Positions 1 through 9,245 of a stretch of DNA of 51,814 nucleotides are shown one piece after another. The notes under the pieces are model-generated. The model did no database searches. It worked only from the letters and a program-made list of their open reading frames with translations, and was not told the origin of the DNA. Positions within the stretch are counted from its first letter, which is position 1. Each line of letters starts with the position of its first letter. This DNA comes from an uncultured Chloracidobacterium sp. Lineage in GTDB: Bacteria > Acidobacteriota > Blastocatellia > Pyrinomonadales > Pyrinomonadaceae. The DNA lies in assembly GCA_964574785.1 (NCBI GenBank), contig CAZNPP010000010.1, positions 6,353 through 58,166 on the forward strand. Direction: 5' to 3'. The translations under genes and the position numbers were made by a program.

Positions 1-19
1 AAGGCAATCGGCAATTACT

Positions 20-3000
20 TCATTCTGCTCGTAAGGCTGGCAACAAAGGCGATCGTAGTGCTGCGACTGTCGCAATAATTGATGCAGTTAAACCCGTAAC
101 CAGAACTGCTAAAAGCAATAACCCTAGCCAGGCATCGGGAAGCCTCGCTCCACGGTCAATAAGAACTGGAGCAATAGCCAGTCCCGCACAGATAATGCCC
201 GTCGCCAAACCACAGATGAGCAACAAAGCATTCTCAGCGATCACCATTACTGTGAAGTGGGAAGAGTTATATCCTACAGCACGCAATAAGGCCAACTCCT
301 TTCGGCGCTCAAAAACATTGCGCAGCAGAACGGCTGCCATCCCAACGGTTCCAAGCAGTAAACCAAGGCCTCCAAGAATTTGAAATGTAGAGATAAAAGT
401 GTTCTCGACGCGATGGAATTCAGCTAAACGTTCAGCGGTGGTTGTGACATTAAACCCATAATCCGATAGTCGCTCTTCGAGCTTAGCTGCAATGCTCGGT
501 ATTTGGTCTCGCAAGCGTGTATCGAGTAGAAAAATGCGTTGCCCCTCCTGTTCTGGGAAGAGACGAATAAAATTCGCTTCTGACATAACTAATTCGCTCT
601 GAAAAATACTGTCTCGAAGGGCGCCGACGATTCGCAACCGAATTGTTCCCCCGGGCTGCACGAGAACCAAATCATCACCCACTTTAAGGTGCATGATGTA
701 CGTGAGGGAATTCGCATCACCTATAACCGGAACTGCTTCATCATTGAACTCACTTCTTAGAAGTACCCAAGGGTTCTCTCTTTCTTCATCTCTTTCCGCA
801 AGCGAGCCTTGAAAACTAAAACGGTTGCTGTCGATGAACTCATCAGAAGCGGCAATGATGCGAGGGCTGCGAGGCTGATAGAGGTTCAAACAGCTTGCGT
901 CGTCACCGGGACGTAATCGAAATCTAACAAAGTTTATACTTGCAAGCTCTTCATCCTGGTCAATCGATGGAAGATTCAACGCGTCTCGCCCATCCGCTGT
1001 ATTGGGGTCATGAACCAGGGGAAGGAGTGATTCGGCTAACAACGGGTAACCACCGCTACCGGACTTTACATCCTCGAGTACTGCCGCAGTGTCTCGTCGG
1101 AAAGCATCCACAGCAACAATGATGAACGTTGCAAAGGCGATCAATGTAATACAAAGTATACTGCGACTTGGACGGTATGTTGAATTTCTGAATCCCAGCC
1201 GGGATATGGACCAAAGTCCATTGCCAACGATGGCTGTACGTCGGTCCGTTTTTAGCCAGTTCGCTTGGAAAAAAAGAAGTCCTACCAGCAGCAGGGTGCC
1301 ACCCACGAAAAAGCCAAGTACCTGTCCTGTGACCTCAAAATAAGCTGCGATAAGCAGCGCCAGCCCGGCAACGCAGAATGCTGTGGCGAGGTGGCCAGCT
1401 CTGCCGTGTACCATTCTCTTCCCTTTCTTCCCCCCAGGCATTGCCAATCCCACGCCACCTTGCACTCCGGTCTCGAGGACGTTCCCGGTAAGGAGACTTC
1501 GAGTTGACTCCTTTCCCAACCGCCGAATGGTCCAGACAATACAAACGAGAGCTGCAATGATTCCTCCAGCCGCGCCAGCGATCAGTGAAACAGCGCCGAT
1601 ATGAAGAGTCAACATCGTGGTTCCCACTGCATCAACCCACCACGTTCGCAACCCAACCATCATTAAGTAACCGTATGCCAGGGCCCCAACCAGACCCACT
1701 AAACTTCCTAACAAGGCCAGCATCGTACCCTCTAATAAGAACAGATTGCGGATTTTGATACTGGGAAATCCAAGTGCCTGGAGAACTCCTATCTCTCGCA
1801 AACGCTGCTCGACCCCTAACTTGAAGAAGAGCACAGTGAGGAGCAACGCCGAGACAACAAGAAAAAAACTGAAGTAGAGAAAGTATTCACCGAAGTCAGT
1901 ACTGCCACGTGAAGCCTCCAATCCCTGAGCGCGCACCGGGATGATCTGGAAGCCCATGACGTTGGGGGACAAGTTCTGAAGCAAGGCCTGACTGTAATGC
2001 TCAAGCGTGTTACTAAGCTGAGCATCACTTGAAGGAATGATCCGCAGCGCGGTGAGATTTCCAAAACGTGATTGCCAGAGTTCTTGCCCTACAACAAGGG
2101 GGATGAATGCCTTTGGGGTGGTGCGAAACTGGTCCCAATAATCTTCGTCTTCCTTGCGTACCCTTCCGAGGTCAATAGGGAACGGAGGGTCCCAGTCCGA
2201 CAGCCCTTCTGATTCGGTAATTCCGGGGTACTCAGGGACTAGATCGCGATCAGCGGCAATACCCCGTATTGGGACGACATCAACGAGTTGAAACTGAGTG
2301 GTTTTGGTCTCAAGACGACCGGCTTCGTGCCACAGGTAATACTCGAGTGAAACGTTTTCCCCGGGAGTTACACCCAGATCTCTTGCAGCCCATTCATTCA
2401 GAATTAGCGGCGGCAGATCCCCTGATGGTGTCTCGGATTTTCTCAATTCGGCAAACGTATTCTCATCGAGGGCGGTAACCAATGAATATGGAATAGAACG
2501 CCTGCCAGCCTGGATACTGTTGGCGAGGTAAGAAAGAACGGGACGCGTAGTTAGCGTTAATTGCTTTGCAGCAGCCTCCGCTCTCTGGCGAAGATGGTCG
2601 TCTATCAGCTTGCGATCGGTTTCGAGCGAAATGCTGTGCTGTTCAGTGATTGGCCGCAAAATAATGCCAAAGTCAGCCAATGTCGCTTGCTCGCTTAACA
2701 CCTTCTCAAGACCAACAATTCCGGAAGTGGGATCAGGACCAGCAACAAGGATCGTGTTGACCTTGCCATTCTGGTCTAATTCCTTTTGCAGCAAAGAGAG
2801 CGGGAGGAATACGGCCAGTACGGCATTTTGCTGTGGTTGCAGAGAGAACTCACCCAGTGCCGCTGGCGATATAGTCTGGCGAATGGTCAGTCGAAGAGTT
2901 CTGCCTACCTCATCCTTTCTTCCGTGAAGCGACTCAACGGGAATGGCAGAAGGCTTTTCGATAATCAAGAGCAGGGAGTCATTGGGCGCACTCCCCAATT

Positions 3001-3427
3001 CATGGGCCAGACTTTCGCTAATAAGGACTTCCCGATTTCCAAAATGAATTTGCTCGCGCTGGTGAAACTTCCAAAACCTTTCATCTATGCCGTATACACG
3101 GACGTCCCTGACGGTGCGCTGTCCCTGCTCCGACGCAACGGCGCCTCTGATGGCAATTAACGGACAAGCCGTATAGCCTGCGGAAGCGAATTCGCTGTGC
3201 TGTTGCAAGTCGTCTGCTAACCGTTCTCGAAAGAATCCTGCTGTCACTAAATAATCGGTGTTACCCAGTCTCTGTAGGAAAAGATTACGTAGACTTGATC
3301 TTACGGAATCCCCAACAACAAGAGCGCCAGCGAGTACAGCAACGGCGGTGGCAACACCAAATATCACCGCAACATTGGTCCGCCAGTAGTAGCTGAGATT
3401 TCGTTTGATAAGCTTAGTAGTTCGCAT
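20..3427 (-). CDS. Large FtsX/MacB-type ABC transporter permease (1135 aa, two FtsX-like modules)
   Basis: Uninterrupted 1135-aa ORF. N-terminal TM helix is followed by a long soluble region. Two FtsX-type signatures are present (RLREIGVLQALGF and RRKELALLRAVGY), each followed by hydrophobic helices. The start shares 1 nt with the stop of the ATPase gene at 3427. Confidence 0.8.
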   Translation of the reverse strand: MRTTKLIKRNLSYYWRTNVAVIFGVATAVAVLAGALVVGDSVRSSLRNLFLQRLGNTDYLVTAGFFRERLADDLQQHSEFASAGYTACPLIAIRGAVASEQGQRTVRDVRVYGIDERFWKFHQREQIHFGNREVLISESLAHELGSAPNDSLLLIIEKPSAIPVESLHGRKDEVGRTLRLTIRQTISPAALGEFSLQPQQNAVLAVFLPLSLLQKELDQNGKVNTILVAGPDPTSGIVGLEKVLSEQATLADFGIILRPITEQHSISLETDRKLIDDHLRQRAEAAAKQLTLTTRPVLSYLANSIQAGRRSIPYSLVTALDENTFAELRKSETPSGDLPPLILNEWAARDLGVTPGENVSLEYYLWHEAGRLETKTTQFQLVDVVPIRGIAADRDLVPEYPGITESEGLSDWDPPFPIDLGRVRKEDEDYWDQFRTTPKAFIPLVVGQELWQSRFGNLTALRIIPSSDAQLSNTLEHYSQALLQNLSPNVMGFQIIPVRAQGLEASRGSTDFGEYFLYFSFFLVVSALLLTVLFFKLGVEQRLREIGVLQALGFPSIKIRNLFLLEGTMLALLGSLVGLVGALAYGYLMMVGLRTWWVDAVGTTMLTLHIGAVSLIAGAAGGIIAALVCIVWTIRRLGKESTRSLLTGNVLETGVQGGVGLAMPGGKKGKRMVHGRAGHLATAFCVAGLALLIAAYFEVTGQVLGFFVGGTLLLVGLLFFQANWLKTDRRTAIVGNGLWSISRLGFRNSTYRPSRSILCITLIAFATFIIVAVDAFRRDTAAVLEDVKSGSGGYPLLAESLLPLVHDPNTADGRDALNLPSIDQDEELASINFVRFRLRPGDDASCLNLYQPRSPRIIAASDEFIDSNRFSFQGSLAERDEERENPWVLLRSEFNDEAVPVIGDANSLTYIMHLKVGDDLVLVQPGGTIRLRIVGALRDSIFQSELVMSEANFIRLFPEQEGQRIFLLDTRLRDQIPSIAAKLEERLSDYGFNVTTTAERLAEFHRVENTFISTFQILGGLGLLLGTVGMAAVLLRNVFERRKELALLRAVGYNSSHFTVMVIAENALLLICGLATGIICAGLAIAPVLIDRGARLPDAWLGLLLLAVLVTGLTASIIATVAALRSPLLPALRAE

Positions 3428-4092
3428 TACACGCGCAACAGTTTCTGGTTCGTTATTTCAAAACGGTGGGGGAAATGCGCCGCCAAATCCTTACTGTGAG
3501 TTACGAGAATTAAGATCGTTTCCTGCTGCCTATGAAGGTCGAGCAAGAGTGACGCGACTAGCTCTGCGGACTTTTGGTCGAGGTTTCCGGTTGGTTCATC
3601 ACACAATAAAAGTTGGGGCTGCATGATCAAAGCCCGGGCCAGAGCAACGCGCTGTTTCTCACCACCTGAAAGTTGAGCTGGTCGATGCTCGAGACGACTG
3701 CTAAGACCGACTTCGTTCAGTAGGGAGCGGGCCCGCTCGGCATCATTTCCGTTGAAGCCTGAGACAAGTGTGGGCGTAAGAACGTTTTCCAAAACTGAGC
3801 ACTGTGGTAACAGACAATGGTCTTGAAAGATGAAGCCAATCTTCTTGTTGCGGAATGCAGCAAGCTCTTTCGGGCTCAACAGAAATGGATTCTGTCCGTT
3901 TATGGTGACTGTGCCTCGAGTGGGTGGTTCAAGCGTTCCTAAGATGTATAGCAAGGTACTTTTTCCGCTGCCGGATGGCCCCATAATAGCGACAGCTTCG
4001 CCCCGGGACAGCGATAGAGATACGTCACTAAGAATTCTGAGTGGCCCCTGTGGTGTTGGATACTCTTTAGAAACGTTTTCAACCTTAAGCAA
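3427..4092 (-). CDS. ABC transporter ATP-binding protein (MacB/LolD-like)
   Basis: Walker [13 protein letters not shown] signature [15 protein letters not shown], Walker [13 protein letters not shown]. The 221-aa size is typical. Confidence 0.9.
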   Translation of the reverse strand: MLKVENVSKEYPTPQGPLRILSDVSLSLSRGEAVAIMGPSGSGKSTLLYILGTLEPPTRGTVTINGQNPFLLSPKELAAFRNKKIGFIFQDHCLLPQCSVLENVLTPTLVSGFNGNDAERARSLLNEVGLSSRLEHRPAQLSGGEKQRVALARALIMQPQLLLCDEPTGNLDQKSAELVASLLLDLHRQQETILILVTHSKDLAAHFPHRFEITNQKLLRV

Positions 4093-4106
4093 AGTACACT
4101 CCCATG

Positions 4107-4259
4107 GTGAGGAGTGACGAAGTCAGGAGTCAGAAGTCAGGAGTCAGAAGACTGAAGTTGGCAGTCAGAACTCATGAAGCAAAAAGTCAGCGCCCACACT
4201 TGAGCAGCCCTGAATTCGGTCTTCTGACTTCTGACTCCTGTTACTCATAACTCATTACC
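4107..4259. repeat. Heptad-periodic imperfect inverted repeat filling the GT4/ABC spacer
   Basis: The left arm has 7 tandem heptads, AGTCAGG AGTCAGA AGTCAGG AGTCAGA AGACTGA AGTTGGC AGTCAGA (4121-4169), preceded by GGTGAGG AGTGACG. The right arm TCTTCTGACTTCTGACTCCTG TTACTCATAACTCATTACC (4220-4259) is its approximate reverse complement. About 65 nt lie between the arms. The right arm overlaps the GT4 stop codon. Confidence 0.6.
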
Positions 4260-5559
4260 CAAATTGCCCATCACTCATCACTACGTTTTCATAAACCTCC
4301 AGCGCTTGGTCGGCCATGCACGCTACGCTGTAGTTTCTGCGTACGCTTTTGAACCCATTGTGTCCAAACTCCTCCGCCAGCTTACGATTACTAAAAATTT
4401 CTAAGAGTCCATTGGCCAGTGCTTGAGTATCATCAGGCTCTACTAAGAGGCCTCCTCCAGTTCTTTCAACTATCTCTGTAAACGCTCCCCGTCTGGGTTG
4501 GACCACTGGGACTCCACAAGCCATCGCCTCCAGCAGGAATACCCCCTTTGGTTCGTCATAAGTTGCGGGAACCGATAGCACGTCAAGTCCTCTCAGGAAG
4601 GCTATCTTCTGCTCACGGTCCAAAACGCCGCGATAACGAAATTCACTACTGAGACCCCAAGTTTGGACTCTTTGCTCAATTTCATTCAAGTATTCACGAT
4701 GTTCAGGCGCCAAGTAACCGGCTACTTCCAAACGAGCCTGCGGGTTCTCACTTCGTTCGCGCAAACGTTTATATGCTTCCGCCAAAACATGTAATCCCTT
4801 TTCTGGCGCAATGCGGGCAAAAAAACCAATTGTAAAAGGTTTGTCAGGTTCTGGCCTTCTCACCTCGTAGCCTTGAAGGTTTATTCCGAGACGTACAACG
4901 CTGGTTCGTTCCGAAGGAATTCCGAGATAGGTAGGCATGAAGTCAGCATAATATTCACTAACCGCGATGAACGAATCGATGTAGTCAAGGTGCTTTCGAA
5001 TTAGATTCTTCGCCTCAGTGCGGTAAGGTTCATGTAACCCTTCCAGGAACAGATCTTCGCCTTGAAGGGTGCAGCAAATTGGTCGATTCAGTGCCTCTTT
5101 AAGTGGCTTGGCCAAGCCAAGTAGAAGCGAATAAGGGAGACTGATCAAATCCGGGTGAGGTTCACTCCTGAGCCATTCGACTAGTTTTGCGATCTCCTTT
5201 TTTTGAAAGCCCGCCTCTCCTTTCAACATCGATACGGTCAACTCTCCGAGCATTTTAGGACTCGTCGAAATTGAGCGGCGCGCTGCTAACTTCAAAAGTG
5301 AAGGAGAATCCCACAAACGATCAAGCCATCCAGGCGTCCGGCGAAAAACCGGAACGTATTGCTCGAGGTAGACACTGATGCCTCCAAAGAACACGCGTTC
5401 CTCACTTACATTTGGCTCATCCGTGAGAGTTGGTGTGTAGACTGGAAGCAGCGTTACATCGTGACCTCGCGACATTAATTCTGTGGCCAACGCGTTATCG
5501 CGTAGACAGCTGCCGCAGTACATCTGTCCGGCGCCACCTGTGAGATAAAGGATCTTCAC
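4255..5559 (-). CDS. Glycosyltransferase, GT4-like (GT-B fold)
   Basis: 434-aa ORF. The C-terminal EPKGVFLLEAMACGVPVV...FTEIVE matches the E-x7-E-type motif region of retaining GT4 enzymes. The N-terminus MKILYLTGG...CGSC...GHDVTLL is a Rossmann-like acceptor domain. Confidence 0.8.
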   Translation of the reverse strand: MKILYLTGGAGQMYCGSCLRDNALATELMSRGHDVTLLPVYTPTLTDEPNVSEERVFFGGISVYLEQYVPVFRRTPGWLDRLWDSPSLLKLAARRSISTSPKMLGELTVSMLKGEAGFQKKEIAKLVEWLRSEPHPDLISLPYSLLLGLAKPLKEALNRPICCTLQGEDLFLEGLHEPYRTEAKNLIRKHLDYIDSFIAVSEYYADFMPTYLGIPSERTSVVRLGINLQGYEVRRPEPDKPFTIGFFARIAPEKGLHVLAEAYKRLRERSENPQARLEVAGYLAPEHREYLNEIEQRVQTWGLSSEFRYRGVLDREQKIAFLRGLDVLSVPATYDEPKGVFLLEAMACGVPVVQPRRGAFTEIVERTGGGLLVEPDDTQALANGLLEIFSNRKLAEEFGHNGFKSVRRNYSVACMADQALEVYENVVMSDGQFG

Positions 5560-5568
5560 CAGGGCCTT

Positions 5569-6996
5569 TCAAACAGCAATAGCGTGCTGGAAAGCACGAC
5601 GAGCGTAGAGATGCTCAAAAAGATTGCCTTCATGTGGTTGGTCCCAAGAAACTTGATTGGTAGCTACAGCCCCGATGTTCAAACGATCCAATTGAGGCGA
5701 GGCCACTAACCTTCCGATTAGATCCTGATCCCTTGTGATAGCTGTCACCACAAGGCTGGGACCCAGGGATTGCGGAATCTCTTCCTGACGAACGTTCACG
5801 ACGGCAGCATACGGAAAGAGAAACTCCCTGTTAGCTAATGGGTGCTCATGGGACTTGCAAAGAATGAGAGTTGGAAGGAGATAAGAGCACCCATTCACAG
5901 ACAGAAGTCGTGAGGTTTTTCGTAGCGCTGCAGTGATATCGTCGGCGCCAGGTTCGGCAAGTCCTTGATCGATTAGCTGAGAGATCCTGGCTGCGACGTT
6001 TGGATCAACAAAAGGCGCCAATTTTGCCGCCTCGTCATTAGCAGGTCGCGGGTTAATTTGGCAGAGCTTTTGGGCCATCGCCGCAGCTATTTCTTCGGCA
6101 TGTCGGGGCACCCAGATTCCAGATGCATTGATGCATGAGCGCCCACTATTATCCGATACTGAAGCTACAAGGACGTCGAGGTATTTCTCCCAATCGTCTA
6201 TGCAGTCTTCTCCTATTACTACTTTGCTGTACCCAGGTCCGTGAATCTCGATTCGCGGATCATTCTTCCAGAGTCCAACCGAGCTGATGTCCCCGAAGAT
6301 CATGCCTCTTCCGCATAAGCGCAAGATCTCTCCTGCACCGGTGTGGTCTGCTGGATAGAAGCTGAAAACTTCGGACGGAGCGCCAGCACTAATTAATGCT
6401 TGAATAATTCTGCAGGGGGTCCATGGCTCAGAACTGCCCGGTTTCAGAACCAGAGGAATTCGCAGCGCAAAAGCAGGTATCCAGAGCGAATGGACGCCTG
6501 GAGAATTATTAGGCAGTACAACGCCCAGAGAATTGCCGCGCGGAAAGAAACTTAGCGCGTGTCCGTCAATCTCACCGAAACCACGATCCAGAACTTCCCA
6601 AGCCAGATTTCTTGTTAGGCCGTTTAGAACATTGCGCATCTCGGCCAACATGCTGCGTATTTTCAGCATGTTCTTGCGTGCCAGGGGATAGGGCAGCCCG
6701 GTTGTTGCCGAAACTTGGCTGACATAATCCTCTGCTGTTTGCATCTCATCACCGAGCGGCAACGACTCATTTGTGAAGAAGTGCGCGGCCTTTTCGCAGA
6801 TATCCACCACCTCGAGGGTAGAGAACTGCAAAAGCTTTTTATGAATGCGTTTCTGGTCGCGAAGATCACGGCGAATAAGGCCGCTATTCGCTTGGCTGAT
6901 TTCAACAAACGGTTTGCCTGATTGATGATGCGAAACGACTGCAACATCAAGGCTTTTGTATGGCTGTCCGTTTCGTAATATGGGAATGTGGAGCAT
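5569..6996 (-). CDS. Aldehyde dehydrogenase-superfamily protein, possibly a LuxC-like acyl-CoA/acyl-protein reductase
   Basis: The ORF opens with TTG at 7005; the first ATG, at 6996, is used here. ALDH landmarks are LVLKPGSSEPWT, HGPGYSKVVIG and the Cys loop NSGRSCINASG. It lies 70 nt downstream of an adenylate-forming enzyme gene. Confidence 0.75.
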   Translation of the reverse strand: MLHIPILRNGQPYKSLDVAVVSHHQSGKPFVEISQANSGLIRRDLRDQKRIHKKLLQFSTLEVVDICEKAAHFFTNESLPLGDEMQTAEDYVSQVSATTGLPYPLARKNMLKIRSMLAEMRNVLNGLTRNLAWEVLDRGFGEIDGHALSFFPRGNSLGVVLPNNSPGVHSLWIPAFALRIPLVLKPGSSEPWTPCRIIQALISAGAPSEVFSFYPADHTGAGEILRLCGRGMIFGDISSVGLWKNDPRIEIHGPGYSKVVIGEDCIDDWEKYLDVLVASVSDNSGRSCINASGIWVPRHAEEIAAAMAQKLCQINPRPANDEAAKLAPFVDPNVAARISQLIDQGLAEPGADDITAALRKTSRLLSVNGCSYLLPTLILCKSHEHPLANREFLFPYAAVVNVRQEEIPQSLGPSLVVTAITRDQDLIGRLVASPQLDRLNIGAVATNQVSWDQPHEGNLFEHLYARRAFQHAIAV

Positions 6997-7005
6997 CGTT
7001 TGCAA

Positions 7006-7075
7006 TTTCGGATTTCGAATTGGGAATTTCGAATTGGGCGCTGGGAAATTCGCAAATTCGAAAATTCACAATCCC
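7006..7075. repeat. TTCGAA-rich heptad-periodic element in the adenylase/ALDH spacer
   Basis: Sequence is TTTCGGATTTCGAATTGGGAATTTCGAATTGGGCGCTGGGAAATTCGCAAATTCGAAAATTCACAAT. It has a GAATTTCGAATTGG duplication and multiple self-complementary AATTCGAAATT cores on both sides of a central GGGCGCTGGG. Confidence 0.5.
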
Positions 7076-8164
7076 CTAGTACACCCCTTCAACAACACTT
7101 GTTTGCAATTTCCTGAAAGGTCGCACGTTCCGCACTCCATCCCACGGATATGACTCGCAAGGTGGCTCTCTTTCAGCCTCATCTCTTTCGAGAAACCGCG
7201 GCATAAAAAACTCTTTCGTCAACGTCGTCAAACGTACGCGACCAGTTTCTCCATATTCAACTATCCTGTCAGGATTGTCCGGATCGACTACTTCGATCAT
7301 AGCCCGGGGCAAGGGTGGGTAGTAGATGATGGCGAAGTTGTCTTCAGGTTGACGTGGCTTGTGAACAGCCAATCCCATCAGCGTATTACCATAAGTAGGA
7401 GCGAAGTAAGCACCTTCAAGCAATTCTTCAACAGCGAATCGGTGGAACTGTGGAGTCATCTCCGTGCCGCCACAAAATACGCCCGTGATACCGAGTTGTT
7501 TAAGTGAAACCTTTTCACTGAGGGCTTCCAGTAGTTTCGGTGTCGTAAAGAGGCAGCGAATGCCATCGTGAGCTCGTAGGAGTGTCAACGCCTGCTCAAC
7601 AACGTGCTGCTTATACTGTTCCGCCATCTTTACCTCACCCATCTTTATGAGCTTTATAACCCAACGGGGATCGAGATCAACCATAAAGCATATGCCGCCG
7701 CGATACTGGGCTAGATGTTCAACTGCCAGTCGCAGCCGGCGCGGTCCGGTTGGTCCAAGTGAGAGCCAGTCGGCACCAAGCGGAAAAAATTCGTTCGGTA
7801 AAGTGGCGCTGAAGGCTTCGTAGTCAATACGGAAATCTTCGATGTTGATCCTGGACTTGGGCACACCAGTACTGCCGCCGGTTTCAAAGGTATAGACTGG
7901 TTGCGATCCGTAGGCTTTTGGCACCCAGCGGCGGACAGGACCACCACGCAGCCACTCATCTTCAAAGTAACCAAAGTGCTTCAGATCATCGTACGTACGT
8001 ATTTCATCTCTTGGATCCCAAGTAAGTTTACTTGCGAAATCGAGCCAGAAGGGACAACCTGACTCTGGATCAAAGTGCCAGGCAATTACTTCTCGCACCC
8101 AAGAGTCGAGTGTCTCTCGATATTTTGTTATTTCTGTTGACAAGGTTGCTACAGTAATGGACAT
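7076..8164 (-). CDS. Adenylate-forming enzyme of the PaaK / coenzyme F390 synthetase / LuxE-like subgroup
   Basis: 362-aa ORF. FETGGSTGVPKS resembles the (T/S)SG(T/S)TG.PK phosphate loop of ANL-type enzymes. The short length fits the PaaK/LuxE-like subgroup rather than long acyl-CoA synthetases. Confidence 0.7.
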   Translation of the reverse strand: MSITVATLSTEITKYRETLDSWVREVIAWHFDPESGCPFWLDFASKLTWDPRDEIRTYDDLKHFGYFEDEWLRGGPVRRWVPKAYGSQPVYTFETGGSTGVPKSRINIEDFRIDYEAFSATLPNEFFPLGADWLSLGPTGPRRLRLAVEHLAQYRGGICFMVDLDPRWVIKLIKMGEVKMAEQYKQHVVEQALTLLRAHDGIRCLFTTPKLLEALSEKVSLKQLGITGVFCGGTEMTPQFHRFAVEELLEGAYFAPTYGNTLMGLAVHKPRQPEDNFAIIYYPPLPRAMIEVVDPDNPDRIVEYGETGRVRLTTLTKEFFMPRFLERDEAEREPPCESYPWDGVRNVRPFRKLQTSVVEGVY

Positions 8165-8586
8165 CGCAATCCTGGTAGTCAGGGAATTAACGGATCAGTA
8201 CGCTAAAATAGCAGAAGAAGTTTTCAAAAGGTAAGCTTGCATCACTCCCATCACCCAACCCAAGACCGACTTCGATCATCATATTCAGTCAAATCTTGTC
8301 ACTCGATGTTCGGTTGTTTCAAGGAGCTTTAACGCGGGGCAAAGAGTCTGCGTCCCCGAGCAGACCTTCTGAGCCCCTCTTCAGGGTTTTCCCTATTGTT
8401 AGTCACTTGTTCGTACGCTAGTCTCACACCTTGTATTCAATCCTGCTAAGCAGCAGCGTAGTACCGCCGGTTCCTTAGAAGGTCCACCGGCTCCTGACGA
8501 GACGCGTTCTGCTCGACTACCAGTATCGAGTGTCACGGTTAAGTGTGGCTAGGATAGCAAGGAAACTTGTTGGAGTTTGAGTTAGC

Positions 8587-9237
8587 GTGAAGCGTATTCG
8601 AGTTTTGTTGGCAGATGACCACGCTCTGGTAAGGGCTGGTGTTCGGGCGCTTCTAGAGCGACTGGAAGACATTGAGGTCGTTGCCGAGGCTGGCGATGGA
8701 AAGGAGACCGTCAGCCTGATCCGCAGGTATCGTCCAGATCTTGTCATACTTGATATCGCCATGCCGGTGTTTAGTGGGTTTGAGGTGCTAGGAATTATCG
8801 CGAAAGAATTTCCTGATGTTAAGGTGATCGTTCTCTCGGTGCATGAAGGCGAAGAGTATGCCCTCACTTCTTTGCGAGCCGGAGCAAATGGGTATTTACC
8901 TAAAAAAGCTGCCAGCGATGAACTCCAAAAAGCCATAAGGGCTGTTATGCAGGGCGAAACTTACCTGTCGCCGGAAATCTCCAAACACGCGGTACCGAAT
9001 TACCGGAGAGCAAGACCGGATCTTGTAGCCGCCGAAGAACTGACGCCAAGGCAGCTCGATGTACTTCGTATGATTGCCGGAGGTTTTACAACTAAGGAGA
9101 TTGCGAGGACTTTAAACATTAGTGTGAAGACTGTAGAGACTCATCGAGCCCTGCTCATGGAACGTCTAAACATCCGTGACGTTGCTGGTCTGGTGCGCTA
9201 TGCGATCCGTACCGGATTGGTGACAGTGGACCAATAG
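8587..9237 (+). CDS. Response regulator, NarL/LuxR family (REC + HTH_LuxR)
   Basis: GTG start with GGAG upstream. Receiver motifs are LLADDH and LVILDIAMP. The C-terminal LTPRQLDVLRMIAGGFTTKEIARTLNISVKTVETHR is a LuxR-type HTH. Confidence 0.9.
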   Translation: MKRIRVLLADDHALVRAGVRALLERLEDIEVVAEAGDGKETVSLIRRYRPDLVILDIAMPVFSGFEVLGIIAKEFPDVKVIVLSVHEGEEYALTSLRAGANGYLPKKAASDELQKAIRAVMQGETYLSPEISKHAVPNYRRARPDLVAAEELTPRQLDVLRMIAGGFTTKEIARTLNISVKTVETHRALLMERLNIRDVAGLVRYAIRTGLVTVDQ

Positions 9238-9245
9238 GCGAAAGA

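Noticed and set aside
6663-7055. 130-aa minus-strand ORF (..IRNSQFEIRN..)
   Set aside because: Its N-terminus is a translation of the heptad repeat at 7006-7075. The rest is an out-of-frame overlap of the well-supported ALDH-superfamily gene.
8517-8936. 139-aa minus-strand ORF
   Set aside because: It lies antisense to the well-supported NarL-type response regulator gene. Its Ser/Arg/Ala-rich composition is typical of a shadow ORF.
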